A stretch of 62,670 nt of DNA, filler included, from Thermodesulfobacteriota bacterium (GTDB lineage: Bacteria; DASVDK01): NCBI GenBank assembly GCA_036381125.1. It is 6 parts of 6 records of this genome, joined end to end, with 100 filler letters (N's around TTAATTAATTAA, not from the genome) between each part and the next. Parts side by side here need not be neighbours in the genome. Positions count along the whole stretch, not along the records: positions 1 to 20,895 come from DASVDK010000341.1; positions 20,996 to 28,978 come from DASVDK010000342.1; 4 more parts are not named here. One strand, written 5' to 3'. The notes below the pieces were generated by a model. The model was not told where the DNA came from, searched no databases, and saw only the letters and a program-made list of their open reading frames with translations. Both the position numbers and the translations under genes were made by a program. Of the stretch, positions 9,396 to 21,211 are shown piece after piece (the stretch's first letter is position 1; each line of letters begins with the position of its first letter).

Positions 9396-10828
9396 GAGGT
9401 CACCCCCTTGCGGTAGAGGTCCCGGTCGTCGACGACGCGGCGCGCCTTGAACTCGGTCCGCGGGAGCGTCCCCTCGGGCACGAGGTCGAGCCTCGGCCGG
9501 ACGCCGAGGCGCGCCTGCAGGCGCCGCCGTATCTCCACCTCGAGCGAGCGCCGCGCGTCCTCGGCCGCGTGCGAGGCGGCGTACTCCACCTGGACGAGCA
9601 GCTCGTCCATCCGCTCGCGCCGCGAGATGATCACCCGGAACTCGCCGCCGAAGCCGGCGATGCCGCGGAGCGTCTCCTCGATCGCCGCCGGGTAGATGTT
9701 CTCGCCACGGACGATGAACATGTCGTCGATCCGCCCGTAGATCCCGGCCGGCAGGCGCGGGTAGGTGCGGCCGCAGGGGCAGGGCTCGTCGGTCCAGCGC
9801 GTGAGGTCGCCGGAGACGAGCCGGATCATCGGCTGCGAGGTCCGCTCGAGGTGCGTGTAGACCGGCGTCCCCTCCTCGCCGTACGCGACCGGCTCGAAGC
9901 GCGTCGGGTCGCACACCTGCGTGTAGACGAGATCCTGCCAGAGGTGCATGCCGGTACGGTGGCGGCACTCGCCGTCGGTCATCCAGGGGGTCATCTCCGC
10001 CATGCTGCCGGTGTCGATGCAGAGCCCGCCGAAGGTCTCCTCGATGAGCCGCCTGGTCGTGGGAATCCCCGCCCCGGGCTCGCCGGAGAAGACGAGGACG
10101 CGGAAGCCGAAGCTCCGGGGGTCGATCCCCTCCTTGCGCGCCGTGTCGGCGAAGTGGAGGGCGTAGGACGGGGTGCCGTAGAAGGCGGTCGGCCGAAGCT
10201 CCCGGGCCCACTGCACGGCCATCAGCGTCTGTCCGGCGACGCCTGCGCCGAAGGGGAAGGCCGCCGCGCCGAGCCGCTCGCAGCCGGCGAGCATCCCCCA
10301 GGAGCCCATGTAGAGGCTGAAGAACGAGCAGATCATGACGCGATCGGACGGCCGGACGCCGGCCCCCCAGAGGATGCGCGCGTGCGCCTCGCCGATGCGC
10401 GCCCAGTCGCCGCGGCCCACGGCGAAGACCGTGGGACGGCCGGTCGTGCCGCTCGTCCCGTGGATCCGGGCGACCTCCGACTCGTCGACGCAGACGTAGT
10501 CGCCGAAGGGGGGGCTCGCGGCCTGCGCCTCGCGCAGCTCGGCCTTGGTGACGACGGGAAACCGGGCGAGATCGTCGAGCGAGCGGAGCGTGTCCGGGGA
10601 GACGCCGGCCGCCTCCCACTTGCGCCGGTAGAAGGGGCTCCGCTCCCACGCCCACGCGACCTGCCGCCTGAGCTTGAAGAGGACCAGGGCGTCGCGCTCG
10701 GCCGGCGGCGCGCACTCCACGGCCGGCAGCCAGTGCTCGGCCGTCTCGGCCGGTCGGAAGGCCGGGTCGTACCGGGGCGGCCAGACCGACAGGTCCACGC
10801 CCGGGTGGCGCGCGGCGAGGCCCGTCAC
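9392..10828 (-). CDS. hcl: Phenylacetate-CoA-ligase-family enzyme, probable 2-hydroxyisobutyrate-CoA ligase
   Basis: '[10 protein letters not shown]', 'YGTPSYA', 'FSGEPG', '[16 protein letters not shown]'; lies between the mutase subunits. Confidence 0.75.
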   Translation of the reverse strand: MTGLAARHPGVDLSVWPPRYDPAFRPAETAEHWLPAVECAPPAERDALVLFKLRRQVAWAWERSPFYRRKWEAAGVSPDTLRSLDDLARFPVVTKAELREAQAASPPFGDYVCVDESEVARIHGTSGTTGRPTVFAVGRGDWARIGEAHARILWGAGVRPSDRVMICSFFSLYMGSWGMLAGCERLGAAAFPFGAGVAGQTLMAVQWARELRPTAFYGTPSYALHFADTARKEGIDPRSFGFRVLVFSGEPGAGIPTTRRLIEETFGGLCIDTGSMAEMTPWMTDGECRHRTGMHLWQDLVYTQVCDPTRFEPVAYGEEGTPVYTHLERTSQPMIRLVSGDLTRWTDEPCPCGRTYPRLPAGIYGRIDDMFIVRGENIYPAAIEETLRGIAGFGGEFRVIISRRERMDELLVQVEYAASHAAEDARRSLEVEIRRRLQARLGVRPRLDLVPEGTLPRTEFKARRVVDDRDLYRKGVTS

Positions 10829-11241
10829 GGCCTTTGCCCACGGCGCGCCGCCACGAGGTCCTGCAGGCGGGCCACGATGGCGTCGGGCGGCGTGTCCTGC
10901 GGGAAGACCTCGGCGACGCCGAGCCGGCGCAGCGGCTCCACGTCCTCGTCGGGAACCACGCCCCCCACGACGACGAGGATGTCGTCCGCGGCGGCGGCCC
11001 TGAGCGAGTCCACGATCTTCGGCACGAGGGTCATGTGGGCACCGGACAGGAGGCTCACCCCGACGACGTCCACGTCCTCCTGCACGGCCGCGGCAACGAC
11101 CTCGTCCGGCGTGCGGTGCAGCCCCGTGTAGATCACCTCCATGCCGGCGTCGCGCAGCGTGCGCGCCACGACCTTGGCGCCACGGTCGTGGCCGTCGAGG
11201 CCGACCTTGGCGACCAGGACACGGATGGCAGCGGTCGACAT
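10825..11241 (-). CDS. hcmB: Cobalamin-binding small subunit of acyl-CoA mutase
   Basis: 'GLDGHDRGA...SLLSGAH...GG' (DxHxxG B12 motif). Confidence 0.88.
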   Translation of the reverse strand: MSTAAIRVLVAKVGLDGHDRGAKVVARTLRDAGMEVIYTGLHRTPDEVVAAAVQEDVDVVGVSLLSGAHMTLVPKIVDSLRAAAADDILVVVGGVVPDEDVEPLRRLGVAEVFPQDTPPDAIVARLQDLVAARRGQRP

Positions 11242-11900
11242 CACGAGTCCTCCCCCTTCGAGGCGGCGAGCAGGTGGCGGCGCGCCGCCCTGGCGTGCTT
11301 GACCGCGATGGCGCGCGCGCGAGCCGGCTTGCGCCCGGCGATGGCCTCGACGAGCGCGGCGTGCTCGTCCCACGCCTGGACGCGATACCCGGCGCCGCCG
11401 AGCGTCATCGCCATGAGGCGCCGGACGTGGCTCCACTGGCCGCGCATGACCTCGGTCATCACCCGGTTGCCCGACGCCTCGTAGAGCGCCATGTGGAAGT
11501 CGAGATCGAGGTCGATCAGGCGCGGGAGCGAGCCGCCGCGGGCGGCGGCGCGGCCCCGGCCGACGATGTCCCGTAGCGGCGCGGGGTCGAAGTCGCGCCG
11601 GGCGGCCACCTTGGCGGCGACGAGCCCCTCGATGGCCTCGCGCAGCTCGTAGAGGTCGCGGATGGCCTGCCGGTCGAGCGGCGCGACGACGGCGCCGCGC
11701 CTGGGCGTGGCACGGACGAGCCCCTCGCGCTCGAGCAGCAGGAGCGCCTGGCGCACCGGCTCGCGCGAGACGCCGAGCTCGGCGGCGAGCGCCTCCTGCT
11801 TGATGCGCGTCCCCGGGGCGAGCACGCCGGCCAGGATGGCGGCGCGCATCTCGGCGGCGACCCGGGCAGGCAGCGGCGGCTCGGCGGCAAGGGGCTTCAT
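11241..11900 (-). CDS. GntR (FCD/FadR subfamily) transcriptional regulator
   Basis: '[25 protein letters not shown]', 'DLDFH', 'EH'. Confidence 0.9.
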   Translation of the reverse strand: MKPLAAEPPLPARVAAEMRAAILAGVLAPGTRIKQEALAAELGVSREPVRQALLLLEREGLVRATPRRGAVVAPLDRQAIRDLYELREAIEGLVAAKVAARRDFDPAPLRDIVGRGRAAARGGSLPRLIDLDLDFHMALYEASGNRVMTEVMRGQWSHVRRLMAMTLGGAGYRVQAWDEHAALVEAIAGRKPARARAIAVKHARAARRHLLAASKGEDS

Positions 11901-11944
11901 GGATTCTGGATCCAAGACTACGACGACCGGCGCGCGCCGGTCAA
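11899..11944 (-). promoter_or_regulatory. Candidate sigma70 promoter (TTGACC-N18-TAGTCT) followed by candidate GntR operator TTGGATCCAGAATCCAT
   Basis: -35 at 11939-11944, -10 at 11915-11920 on minus strand; repeated ATCCA / TGGATCCA palindrome between -10 and ATG. Confidence 0.5.
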
Positions 11945-11979
11945 GCTAGACTGGCGGGACCCGCGACCCCGAGCCGGAG

Positions 11980-12789
11980 GTGATCGATCGAGTGCACCTG
12001 TCGCGCGTCCCCATCGTCCCCGTCCTCGCCCTGCTCCTCGTCCTCTCCGCCCCTCTGGTCCATGCCCAGGAGGGACCGACGCCCGCTCCGACGCCGGACG
12101 GCGCCGCGACGCCCGACGGCGCCGCGAAGCCCGATGCCGCCGCGCCGGCTCGCCGGTTCACGGCCGAATCGGAGCTGGGGGCGGTGCTCACCGAGGGCAA
12201 CACCCGAACGACGACCGCCAAGGCGCGCGTCGCCGCGTCCTACGCCGTCCGCCGGTTGCGCGTCAGCGCCGACGCCGACGCCCTCTACGCCGAGGATCGC
12301 GAGCGCACGACCGCCCAGCGCATCGCCGCCGCGCTCAAGACCGAGTACACGTTCACGGACCGGATGTACGCCTTCGCGACCGGACGGTACGAGGACGACC
12401 GCTTCAGCGGCTTCGACTACACGGTGACCGAGGCGGCCGGTATCGGCCGGAAGCTCATCGAGGGCCCACCCGTCTCGCTCGACATCGAGGCCGGCCCGGG
12501 CGGCCGGCACCGGCGCTTCGACGACGGCCGTCACGAGGACGACCTCATCGCGCGTGCCGCCAGCCGGCTCGCCTGGCAGATCGGCCAGAGCGCGACCGCG
12601 AGCGAGTCGGTCCGCGTGGAGGTCGGCGAGAAGGGCTCCGAGACCGAGTCGATCACCGCGCTCGAGACGCGGATCACCGGCAACCTCGCCCTCAAGCTGT
12701 CGTTCACGGTCACGCACCGCACGGAGGTGCCGTCCGACACCCGCAGCACCGACACGGTCACGGCCGTGACGCTCGTGTACCGGTACTAG
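11980..12789 (+). CDS. DUF481/YdiY-like outer-membrane beta-barrel protein
   Basis: Signal peptide, Pro/Ala linker, 'EGNT', 'YEDDRFSGFDY', C-terminal aromatic 'LVYRY'. Confidence 0.75.
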   Translation: MIDRVHLSRVPIVPVLALLLVLSAPLVHAQEGPTPAPTPDGAATPDGAAKPDAAAPARRFTAESELGAVLTEGNTRTTTAKARVAASYAVRRLRVSADADALYAEDRERTTAQRIAAALKTEYTFTDRMYAFATGRYEDDRFSGFDYTVTEAAGIGRKLIEGPPVSLDIEAGPGGRHRRFDDGRHEDDLIARAASRLAWQIGQSATASESVRVEVGEKGSETESITALETRITGNLALKLSFTVTHRTEVPSDTRSTDTVTAVTLVYRY

Positions 12790-12897
12790 GTCAGGGCCAC
12801 GCGGGCGAGCCTCGCATGCCGGCATACTGCGCGCCGGCGAGCGCCGCGCCGGCCGCCGCGAGGGGCGCGGCCGGCGCGGTCCGACCCCGGGGGTGAG

Positions 12898-14820
12898 TCA
12901 GAGGACCGGCTTCGCCCCCTGGGACAGCGTGAGGAGGAGGTCGGTCTTCACGATGATGCCGACGAGCCGGCGGGAACGGCGGTCGGCGACGACCGGCACG
13001 CGCTCGCCGTCGTGCCCCGCGAACCGCTCGAGCGCCTCCAGCAACGTGTCGTCCTCCGCCACCACCGGGAAGTCCTTGCGCACGAGGTCGGCCGCGCGCA
13101 CGAGGCCGCGGAGCGCCCCGTCGCCGAGGTGCCCCTTCACGTCGTGGAGCGCGATCGCCCCGAGGAAGCGGGAGTCGGCGTCCGTGACGTAGAGGTACTT
13201 GTAGGGCTCGCGCATGAAGGCGGCGATCACGGTCTCGAACGAGGCATCCGGCAGGAGGGTGGCCGGCGCGGCTCGCAGCAGGTCGCGCACCCGCAGGTCC
13301 GGGATCGACACGTCGGCGCCGAGCTGGCGGCGCTGTCGCGTGAGCGACGCGGTGTAGACGTTCTCCGGCTCGAGGCTCTGGGCCGTGTAGGTCGCGACGA
13401 CGCAGGCCACCATGAGCGGCGGGACGACGGCGTAGTCGAGCGTCATCTCGAAGATCATGACGATCGCCGTGAGCGGGGCGTGGGTGGTGGCCGACAGGAA
13501 CGCCCCCATGCCGACCAGGGCGTACTCGGCCGGCCCGGCGGTGATCGTCGGCGCCAGCCGGTGGAAGAGCGTCCCGAGGAGCGCGCCGCTGATCTCGCCC
13601 AGGAAGAGCGTCGGCGCGAAGATCCCCCCGACCGCACCCGACCCGGTGGTGACGGCGATCGCCAGGGCCTTCGTGAAGAGGACCAGCAGGAGCGTCGACC
13701 AGAGCCACTCCGTGTAGAGCACCGAGTTCTCGGTGTCGAGGCCGCTGCCCCACGCCTCCGGCACGACGACGGCGAGCGCGCCCACGCCGAGCCCGCCGAG
13801 GACGAACCGGACGACGCGCGGGCCCGGGACCAGGTCGAAGAGCCGCCGCACCGCCTTGAGGAAGTAGAGGAACCAGGGGCCGGCCACCCCGCCGACGAGG
13901 CCGAGCGCGAGATAGGGGAAGGCCTCCCAGAGCGAGACGACCTCGAAGCTCGCCGCGTGGAAGCGCGGCTCGTCGCCCGTCACCTGCTGCGTCACGAGCG
14001 CCGACACGACCGACGCGAGGAGGAGCGGCCCGAAGCTCTGCATGGCGACCGCGCCGAGGAGGATCTCCGCCACGAAGAGGGCGCCGCCGATCGGCGTGCC
14101 GTACGCGGACGCCACGCCGGCCGCCGCGCCGCAGGCGACGAGCAGCCGAAGCCGCGGGGTCGGCACGCCCCGCCAGCGGCCGACGAGCGAGGCGAGGAGG
14201 GCGCCGAGCTGCACGATCGGCCCCTCGCGCCCCACCGAGCCGCCCGAGGTGACGGTGGCGAACGAGGAGGCGGTGCGAAGGAGCGTCGGCCTGGCACGCA
14301 CGACGCCGTCTCCGACGGCGATCGCCTCGAGGTAATCGGCCCCGCGTCGGCCGCCGGCGAACCGGTCGCCGGCCGCGAGCACCAGGCCGGCCACGACGGC
14401 CCCGATCGGCGGCATGAGGAGGCGCTGCCACCAGTCGAGGTGGCGCGCGACCTCGGCGACGCTGCCCGTCCGGCCGGTGAGGAGCCACTTGACCCCGTCC
14501 ACCGCGCCGGAGAACGCGAGGCCGGCCGCGGCGCCGAGCAGGCCGATCAGGATGGCCCAGAGGAGGATCGCCTGCCGCTCGTCCGGGGCGAGCCACGCCG
14601 CGAACCACACGCGCGCCGAGAAGAGCCGCGCGACCGACGAGCGCCAGCCGGCCGAGCCGAGCCGGCCGCACGCGCGATCGAGCCGGCCGACGGCGACGGA
14701 CCGGGATCCGCTCTGCGGCCCGGACGATGGCAACGGTCGGCCGTCGCCCGACGGCTCCGGCGACCGCGACGAGCCGGCGGGCGCCTCCGGGCCCGGGCCG
14801 GCGAACCGCCGTGAGGTCAC
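12898..14820 (-). CDS. ClC-family chloride channel/antiporter with CBS pair (start uncertain)
   Basis: 'GGSVGREGP', '[14 protein letters not shown]', two C-terminal CBS domains. Confidence 0.85.
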   Translation of the reverse strand: MTSRRFAGPGPEAPAGSSRSPEPSGDGRPLPSSGPQSGSRSVAVGRLDRACGRLGSAGWRSSVARLFSARVWFAAWLAPDERQAILLWAILIGLLGAAAGLAFSGAVDGVKWLLTGRTGSVAEVARHLDWWQRLLMPPIGAVVAGLVLAAGDRFAGGRRGADYLEAIAVGDGVVRARPTLLRTASSFATVTSGGSVGREGPIVQLGALLASLVGRWRGVPTPRLRLLVACGAAAGVASAYGTPIGGALFVAEILLGAVAMQSFGPLLLASVVSALVTQQVTGDEPRFHAASFEVVSLWEAFPYLALGLVGGVAGPWFLYFLKAVRRLFDLVPGPRVVRFVLGGLGVGALAVVVPEAWGSGLDTENSVLYTEWLWSTLLLVLFTKALAIAVTTGSGAVGGIFAPTLFLGEISGALLGTLFHRLAPTITAGPAEYALVGMGAFLSATTHAPLTAIVMIFEMTLDYAVVPPLMVACVVATYTAQSLEPENVYTASLTRQRRQLGADVSIPDLRVRDLLRAAPATLLPDASFETVIAAFMREPYKYLYVTDADSRFLGAIALHDVKGHLGDGALRGLVRAADLVRKDFPVVAEDDTLLEALERFAGHDGERVPVVADRRSRRLVGIIVKTDLLLTLSQGAKPVL

Positions 14821-16955
14821 CCGCCGTTGCCCTCCTCGCGGGCCAGGACGAGCATGGCGACCGAGCGGCCGCCGAGGTCGTACGTCTCGCCGCCCGGCCT
14901 GGTCGGCGCGGTCGGCCGCCCGCGCGGCACGCGCGTGTCGAGGATCGGCTCCCACTCCACGCCCGGCCGGTGCGCCGGCAGCACGAAGGGCACCGCCTCG
15001 TGGTGGGCGTTGACGAGGATCAGGAGCGTGTCGTCCACGACCCGCTCGCCCATCGCATCGACCTCGGGGATGGCGTCGCCCGCGAGCCGGAGGCCGAAGC
15101 AGCGGGTGTGCGGGTTGTTCCAGTCGGCCTCGGTCATCTCCCGACCGTCCGGCCGGAACCAGGAGAGGTCCTTCACCTCCGAGCCGCGGATCCGGCGGCC
15201 GAAGAAGAACTGCCGGCGCCGGAGCACCGGGTGCGCCTTGCGGAGCTGGATGACGTACCGCGTGAACGCGAGGAGGTCGCGACGGGCGCGGTCGAGGTCC
15301 CAGTCGACCCAGGTGAGCTCGTTGTCGTGGCAGTAGGCGTTGTTGTTCCCCTGCTGCGTCCGCGAGATCTCGTCGCCGGCGAGCAGCATGGGCACCCCCT
15401 GGGAGAGGAACAGCGTCGCGAGGAAGTTGCGCTTCTGCCGCTCCCTGAGGGCCGTGACCTCCGGGTCGTCCGTGGGGCCCTCCACGCCGCAGTTCCAGGA
15501 GAGGTTGTGGTCGTGGCCGTCGTGGTTGGCCTCGCCGTTGGCCTCGTTGTGCTTCTCGTTGTAGCTCACGAGGTCGTTGAGCGTGAAGCCGTCGTGCGCC
15601 GTCACGAAGTTGATGCTCGCGTAGGGCCGGCGGCCGCCGCGCCCGTAGAGGTCGCTGCTGCCGGTGAGCCGGTAGGCGAAGGAGCCCGCCTGACCCTCGT
15701 CGCCCTTGATGAAGCTCCGGACGGTGTCGCGGTAGACGCCGTTCCACTCGGCCCAGAGGACCGGGAAGTTCCCGACCTGATAGCCCCCCTCCCCCACGTC
15801 CCACGGCTCCGCGATGAGCTTCACCTGGGAGATGACCGGGTCCTGGTGGATGATGTCGAAGAACGCGCCGAGGCGGTCGACGTCGTGCAGCTCGCGGGCG
15901 AGCGCCGAGGCGAGGTCGAACCGGAAGCCGTCGACGTGCATCTCCAGGATCCAGTACCGGAGGCTGTCCATGAGGAGCTGGAGCGCCCGCGGGTGGGTCA
16001 TGTCGAGGGTGTTGCCCGTGCCGGTGTAGTCCGCGTAGTACCGGCGGTCGGGCATGAGGCGGTAGTAGGCGGCGTTGTCGATCCCCCGGAAGCAGAGGGT
16101 CGGCCCCAGGTGGTTGCCCTCGGCCGTGTGGTTGTAGACGACGTCGAGGATGACCTCGAGCCCGGCCTGGTGGAGCGTCTTCACCATCGCCTTGAACTCG
16201 GACACCTGCATGCCGGCGCGGTACTCGCTCGCGTAGCGGATGTCGGGCGCGAAGAAGCCGATGGAGTTGTAGCCCCAGTAGTTCGTGAGGCCCCGATCGA
16301 CCAGGTGCTTGTCGGGCACGCTGTGGTGGATCGGCATCAGCTCGACGGCGGTCACGCCGAGGCGGACGAGGTAGTCGACGACGGCCGGCGAGGCGAGCCC
16401 CGCGTAGGTCCCGCGCAGCTCGTCCGGCACGCCGGGGTGCCGCATGGTGAGGCCCTTCACGTGGGCCTCGTAGATGATCGTCTCGTTCCAGGGGATGCGC
16501 GGCGGCCGGTCGTCGCCCCAGGTGAACGCGGGGTCCACGACGACGCACTTCGGGACGTCGGCGGCGTTGTCGCGCTCGTCCCGGTGGAGGTCGCCGTCCG
16601 GATGCCCGATGGTGTAGCCGAACATGGCGTCGCTCCACCGGATCGTCCCGTCGATCGCCTTCGCGTACGGGTCGAGGACGACCTTGGCCGGGTTGAAGCG
16701 GTGGCCGCGTTGCGGGTCGTAGGGGCCGTAGACGCGGTAGCCGTAGCGCTGCCCGGGCCGGACGTGCGGCAGGTAGACGTGCCAGACGTGGTCGGTGTAC
16801 TCCGGCATCCACACCCGGGTCTCCTTCGGCGTGTCGCCCGGCTCGAAGAGGCAGAGCTCGACGCCGGTGGCGTTCTCGGAGAAGAGGGCGAAGTTGACGC
16901 CGGAGCCGTCCCACGTGGCACCGAGCGGATAGGGCTGGCCGGGCCGGACCTTCAT
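14817..16955 (-). CDS. glgX: Glycogen debranching enzyme (GH13)
   Basis: '[10 protein letters not shown]', 'NYWGYN', 'DVVYNH', 'DGFRFDLA', 'AEPWD', 'HDGFTL'. Confidence 0.95.
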   Translation of the reverse strand: MKVRPGQPYPLGATWDGSGVNFALFSENATGVELCLFEPGDTPKETRVWMPEYTDHVWHVYLPHVRPGQRYGYRVYGPYDPQRGHRFNPAKVVLDPYAKAIDGTIRWSDAMFGYTIGHPDGDLHRDERDNAADVPKCVVVDPAFTWGDDRPPRIPWNETIIYEAHVKGLTMRHPGVPDELRGTYAGLASPAVVDYLVRLGVTAVELMPIHHSVPDKHLVDRGLTNYWGYNSIGFFAPDIRYASEYRAGMQVSEFKAMVKTLHQAGLEVILDVVYNHTAEGNHLGPTLCFRGIDNAAYYRLMPDRRYYADYTGTGNTLDMTHPRALQLLMDSLRYWILEMHVDGFRFDLASALARELHDVDRLGAFFDIIHQDPVISQVKLIAEPWDVGEGGYQVGNFPVLWAEWNGVYRDTVRSFIKGDEGQAGSFAYRLTGSSDLYGRGGRRPYASINFVTAHDGFTLNDLVSYNEKHNEANGEANHDGHDHNLSWNCGVEGPTDDPEVTALRERQKRNFLATLFLSQGVPMLLAGDEISRTQQGNNNAYCHDNELTWVDWDLDRARRDLLAFTRYVIQLRKAHPVLRRRQFFFGRRIRGSEVKDLSWFRPDGREMTEADWNNPHTRCFGLRLAGDAIPEVDAMGERVVDDTLLILVNAHHEAVPFVLPAHRPGVEWEPILDTRVPRGRPTAPTRPGGETYDLGGRSVAMLVLAREEGNGG

Positions 16956-19900
16956 CGACCCGGCGCTCCCCCCGCCGAGACGAGGGCCGCGACGGGGAAC
17001 TGCGAGAGGAGCCTCGCCAGCGGGAACCCGGCGCGACCGTTTCGCTCGTCCGCCTCGAGCCGCTCGCCGGTGAAGCGATCGACGAAGACCCGCGCCTCGA
17101 CCTCGGCCGGCAGCGGCAGGAACGTGTCGCCCCAGACGTCCGGGCCGACCGGCAGGCCGTCGGCCGAGCGGACGAGCCGCGTGGTCAGGCGAGGCACGAC
17201 CGCGAGCGCGGCGTCGAACGGCTCGCCGCCCCCCGGCCGATGCCGCGCGAAGCCGACGACGTGCTGGGCCTTCGCCCCCTCCGCGCCGAGCGGCAGGTAC
17301 GCGCCGGCCCGGAAGAGCTCGGGCGCCTCGCGCCGCATCTCGAGCGCGCGGTGCACGACGAAGAGCTTCGTCCGCGGGTCGGCGAGCCGGCCGGCCAGCT
17401 CGGCGGCGAGCTTCGCGAGGCCGTGCTCGGCGGCGGCCGCCGTGCGGATCTCCTCGAGCGACCGGACGCGCAGTCCGTAGTCCACCGGACGCCGGTTGTC
17501 GGGGTCCACCAGGCTGAAGTCCCAGCACTCCGTCCCCTGGTAGACGTCCGGGACGCCGGGCGAGAGCAGCTTCAGCACCGTCTGGGAGAGGCTGTTGAGG
17601 AGGCCGAAGCGCGCGACCCGGCCGACGAAGCCGACCAGCTCCGGCAGGAACCGGTTCTGCGGCGAGTCGTCGAGCAGCGCCGCCACGAACGTGCGCACCG
17701 CGTCGTCGTACCCCGGGTCGGGGTTGATCCAGCTCGTGTTGACCTTCGCCTCCCGCGTCGCCTTGGCCATGTACTGCTGGATGCGGTCACGATACGCGGC
17801 CAGCGCCTCGCCCGACGCCCCTTCGAGCGGCCAGCTCCCCACGAGCGTCTGGTAGAGGAGGTACTCGTCGTTGGCGTCCGGCGCCGGCCGCCCTTCGACC
17901 TCGACCTTGCGCCGCGCGTTCATCCGCCGCCAGAGGTTGACGGCGGCCCGCCAGTCGCGGGCCACCTCGGAGAGGACGGCGATGCGCGACCGGACGTCCT
18001 CGCTCCGCTTCGTGTCGTGCGTCGACGTGGTGGCGAGCGACCCGGGCCAGCGCGCGAGCCGCTCCTGGTTCATCCGGTGGAAGTCGGCCGGCTGCGTGCC
18101 GATGCGGTCGGGGTTGCCGCCCACCTCGTTGAGCGCGACCAGGCGATTGTAGCGATAGAAGGCGGTGTCCTCGACCCCCTTGGCCATCACCGGGCTCGTC
18201 ACCTGCTGGAACTTCATGACGAACTCGCGCTGCATCGCCCGGTCCTCCTCGGAGAGGCGCGAGGGGAAGCGCAGCAGGAGCACGTCGCGGATGAAGTCGA
18301 AGATCGAGGCGTCGATGGCCGGGTTGCGACGCTTGGCCGCGTGCACGGCCTGCTCGACGTACTGCCGGTCCCGGTCGGAGACCTCGTCCTTCCCGGCGCA
18401 GATGTAGGTGCGGTAGACCGGGAAGCAGGCGATGATCTCGCGCAGCGCCTGGGTCAGGCTGTAGAGCGTGAAGTCCCGGGACCAGCGGTTGCGCTCGGAG
18501 AGCACGTTGAGTTGGTGGCCGAGGACGTTCGTCTCGCTCGCCATGGAGACGTACATGTTGAGCTTCTTGCACTCGTAGACGAGGTCCCGGAAGTGGATGC
18601 GCCGGCCGATGATCCGCTCGTACAGCTCGTCGAGGCGCCGCGCCTCGTCCTGCGCCACGAAGAGGCCGCCGAGGACGTTCAGGAACTCGTAGCCGGTCGT
18701 GCCCCACACCGGCCACCGCTCGGGCAGCGGCTCGCCCGGTCCCAGGATCTTCTCGACGACGATGAAGAGCGGCCGCGCGACGGGGCTCGCAGGGTCCTCC
18801 GCGGCTCGCGCGTCGAGGTCGGCCATGAGGCGGTCGAGCAGGGCCGAGCGCCCCTGCCCGTCCGAGCCGGCCGCCACGCCGACCTCGGCCTCGACCACCT
18901 GCTGCCTCCGGGCCCGCTGGAGCGTCTGGAAGTACCCGAGCGGGTCGAAGAGGCCGTCGGGATGGTCGATCCTGAGCCCCTGCACCTTGCCGCTGCGCAG
19001 GAGGTCGAGGACGAGCCGGTGCGTCGCCTCGAAGACCCGCGGGTCGTTCATGCGCAGGGCGGCGAGGTCGTTCACGTCGAAGAAGCGGCGGTAGTTGATC
19101 TCCTCGGCGGCCACGCGCCAGTAGGCGAGCCGGTACGCCTGATCGGCGAGCAGCTCGTCGAGGAGGTCGAAGCTGCGCGGCTCCCCCTTCGTGCCGTTGA
19201 AGATCCGGACGTTGTCCCTGATGAACTGGAGGATCCGCGGCTCCTGCCGGCAGAGCACGATCAGGCGACGCTTGATGACCTCCTTCTCCCGGTGGCGCAG
19301 CGCGACCTTCGCCGGATCCCGCTCGCTCCGGGGGGGGAGGTTGTGGATCGCGGTGACGATGCTCTGGTACTCCGCGAAGGCCGGGCTGACCGCCACCGGG
19401 TCGGGCGGCGGCGCGCCTCCACCCACCGCGGCCGGCGCGCCGAGCGCCGCGGCGAGCTGGTCCATGCGGTGCTCGAGGATGCGCGCGACCGAGCGCGGTC
19501 CGACCGGGAAGCGCCGGTCGTAGTAGTGGATCCAGAAGCCGTGCTCGTCGAAGGTGAGCCGGAGCTCCTGGTTCTCGAGCACCTGGCCGTACTGGTCGCC
19601 GAGGACCGGCAGGAGGACCTTGTCCCTGAGCTCCGCCTTGAGCGGGCTCCAGTCGATGTCGAAGAACGGGGCGTACGGCGAGGACGGTCCGTTCTCGAGC
19701 ACGTCGAGCCACCAGCGGTTCGCCTCGTCGAGGATCCCCATGTGGTTCGGCACCATGTCGAGGATCTGGCCGAGGCCGTGCTCGCGCAGCGCCGACACCA
19801 TCGCGTCGTAGTCGGCCTCGCTGCCGATCTCGGGGTTCAGCACGCCGTGGTCGACGATGTCGTAGCCGTGCGTGCTGCCCGGCCTCGCCTTGAGGTAGGG

Positions 19901-20062
19901 CGAGGCGTAGAGGTGGCTCACCCCGAGCGCGGCCAGGTAGGGCGCGAGCGCCGCGGCGTCACGGAACGTGAAGCCGGCGTGGAACTGGATCCGATAGGTG
20001 GCCCGTGGCCGGGCCACCCCGGACTCGAGGGCCGCGAGCACGCGGCCCAGCGTCACGTCCAT
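16952..20062 (-). CDS. treY: Malto-oligosyltrehalose synthase
   Basis: 'RATYRIQ', 'STHGYD', 'NYRRFFDV', 'GLRIDHPDG', '[10 protein letters not shown]'. Confidence 0.95.
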   Translation of the reverse strand: MDVTLGRVLAALESGVARPRATYRIQFHAGFTFRDAAALAPYLAALGVSHLYASPYLKARPGSTHGYDIVDHGVLNPEIGSEADYDAMVSALREHGLGQILDMVPNHMGILDEANRWWLDVLENGPSSPYAPFFDIDWSPLKAELRDKVLLPVLGDQYGQVLENQELRLTFDEHGFWIHYYDRRFPVGPRSVARILEHRMDQLAAALGAPAAVGGGAPPPDPVAVSPAFAEYQSIVTAIHNLPPRSERDPAKVALRHREKEVIKRRLIVLCRQEPRILQFIRDNVRIFNGTKGEPRSFDLLDELLADQAYRLAYWRVAAEEINYRRFFDVNDLAALRMNDPRVFEATHRLVLDLLRSGKVQGLRIDHPDGLFDPLGYFQTLQRARRQQVVEAEVGVAAGSDGQGRSALLDRLMADLDARAAEDPASPVARPLFIVVEKILGPGEPLPERWPVWGTTGYEFLNVLGGLFVAQDEARRLDELYERIIGRRIHFRDLVYECKKLNMYVSMASETNVLGHQLNVLSERNRWSRDFTLYSLTQALREIIACFPVYRTYICAGKDEVSDRDRQYVEQAVHAAKRRNPAIDASIFDFIRDVLLLRFPSRLSEEDRAMQREFVMKFQQVTSPVMAKGVEDTAFYRYNRLVALNEVGGNPDRIGTQPADFHRMNQERLARWPGSLATTSTHDTKRSEDVRSRIAVLSEVARDWRAAVNLWRRMNARRKVEVEGRPAPDANDEYLLYQTLVGSWPLEGASGEALAAYRDRIQQYMAKATREAKVNTSWINPDPGYDDAVRTFVAALLDDSPQNRFLPELVGFVGRVARFGLLNSLSQTVLKLLSPGVPDVYQGTECWDFSLVDPDNRRPVDYGLRVRSLEEIRTAAAAEHGLAKLAAELAGRLADPRTKLFVVHRALEMRREAPELFRAGAYLPLGAEGAKAQHVVGFARHRPGGGEPFDAALAVVPRLTTRLVRSADGLPVGPDVWGDTFLPLPAEVEARVFVDRFTGERLEADERNGRAGFPLARLLSQFPVAALVSAGGAPGR

Positions 20063-20063
20063 G

Positions 20064-20895
20064 TCAGGACCGCCTCCGCCGGTAGACCCACGCGGTGTAG
20101 CCCGGCAGGCGGCCCTCGAGACGCCCCGACGGCTCGGCCGGCGCGGCCCCGCCCGGACCGGCGAAGCGGGCGTCGGCCGTGTCGAGCGCCAGCGCGAGGC
20201 GGGCGCCCCGCAGCGGCAGCCGCAGGTCCACCGGCGCCTCGCCGAGGTTCACGACGAAGAGGCCCTGCCCGCGCGCGGCCCGGCGGACGACCGCAACGGC
20301 GCGGTCGCCGACGGCCCTGGCCGTCACCCGGTCCTTGCCGCGGGCGCCGAACGCCGGCTCCTCGCGCCGCAGGTCGAGGAGGGCGCGGTAGCAAGCGCGC
20401 AGGCCCGCGTGCGGCTCCCGCTCCGCCAGCGTCCAGTCGAGGATCGACCGCTCGAAGGTCTCCGGGTCCTGGGGATCGGGCACCTCGCCCTGCCAGCCGA
20501 ACGCCTTGAACTCCTCCCGCCGCCCCCGGCTCACCGCCTCGGCCAGCGCGGGGTCCTCGTGGCTCGTGAAGTAGAGGAAGGGCGCCGGCTCGCCGTACTC
20601 CTCGCCCATGAAGAGGAGCGGCAGCGCGGGCGCGAGCAGATAGGCCGCCGCCACGGCCTTCAGCGCCTCGAAGGGGACGAGCGCCGTCAGCCGCTCGCCC
20701 CGCGCGCGGTTGCCGACCTGGTCGTGGTTCTGCGCGAAGACGACGAAGCGCTCCCCGGGGAGGTCGCGCGACGGCGTGCCGTGCACGCGGCCGCGGTGGA
20801 CCGAGCGCTCCCCGGTGTAGACGAAGCCCTCCGTGTAGGCCTTGACGAGCTGCTCGACGCGGCCGAAGTCGGCGTAGTAGCCGCTCCGCTCGCCG
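20064..20895 (-). CDS. treZ: Malto-oligosyltrehalose trehalohydrolase, 3' part (cut by contig end)
   Basis: 'QNHDQVGNRARGER', 'LLFMGEEY', 'PDPQ'. Confidence 0.9.
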
Positions 20896-20995
20896 NNNNN
20901 NNNNNNNNNNNNNNNNNNNNNNNNNNNNNNNNNNNNNNNTTAATTAATTAANNNNNNNNNNNNNNNNNNNNNNNNNNNNNNNNNNNNNNNNNNNN
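20896..20995. other. Artificial contig spacer
   Basis: N-run with TTAATTAATTAA (stops in all frames). Confidence 0.99.
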
Positions 20996-20996
20996 C

Positions 20997-21191
20997 CGTC
21001 GGCTCTACGCGACCGCGCTCGACGAGAACCGGGGCGGCTTCTCGCGCACCGGCCGCATCGACCCGCGCGCCGTCGACACCGTCGTCGCGACCTACCGGAC
21101 CTCGGGCGCGATTGCGCCGTCGCAGGCCGTCGACACGACCGTCCTCTACGACAACCGCTTCGTCGACCAGGCGCTGGCCGAGGAGCGGTAG
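20997..21191 (+). CDS. 3' end of probable SsuA/NMT1-type ABC substrate-binding protein (partial)
   Basis: Frame reads 'RRLYATALDENRGGFSRTGRIDPRAVD...VLYDNRFVDQALAEER*'; C-terminal YDNRFV is typical of the family. Confidence 0.5.
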   Translation, partial: RRLYATALDENRGGFSRTGRIDPRAVDTVVATYRTSGAIAPSQAVDTTVLYDNRFVDQALAEER

Positions 21192-21211
21192 TCCCCGATC
21201 GGGAGCACGCC

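Noticed and set aside
12898-20509. Very long alternative-frame ORFs (e.g. the 1338-aa and 1089-aa entries; similarly 59469-62633)
   Set aside because: Arg/Pro/Gly-rich shadow frames expected from high GC3 codon bias; they overlap well-supported genes
20896-20995. TTAATTAATTAA repeated five times in the window as a biological motif
   Set aside because: Always centred in N-runs; artificial contig linker. Adjacency across spacers has no meaning
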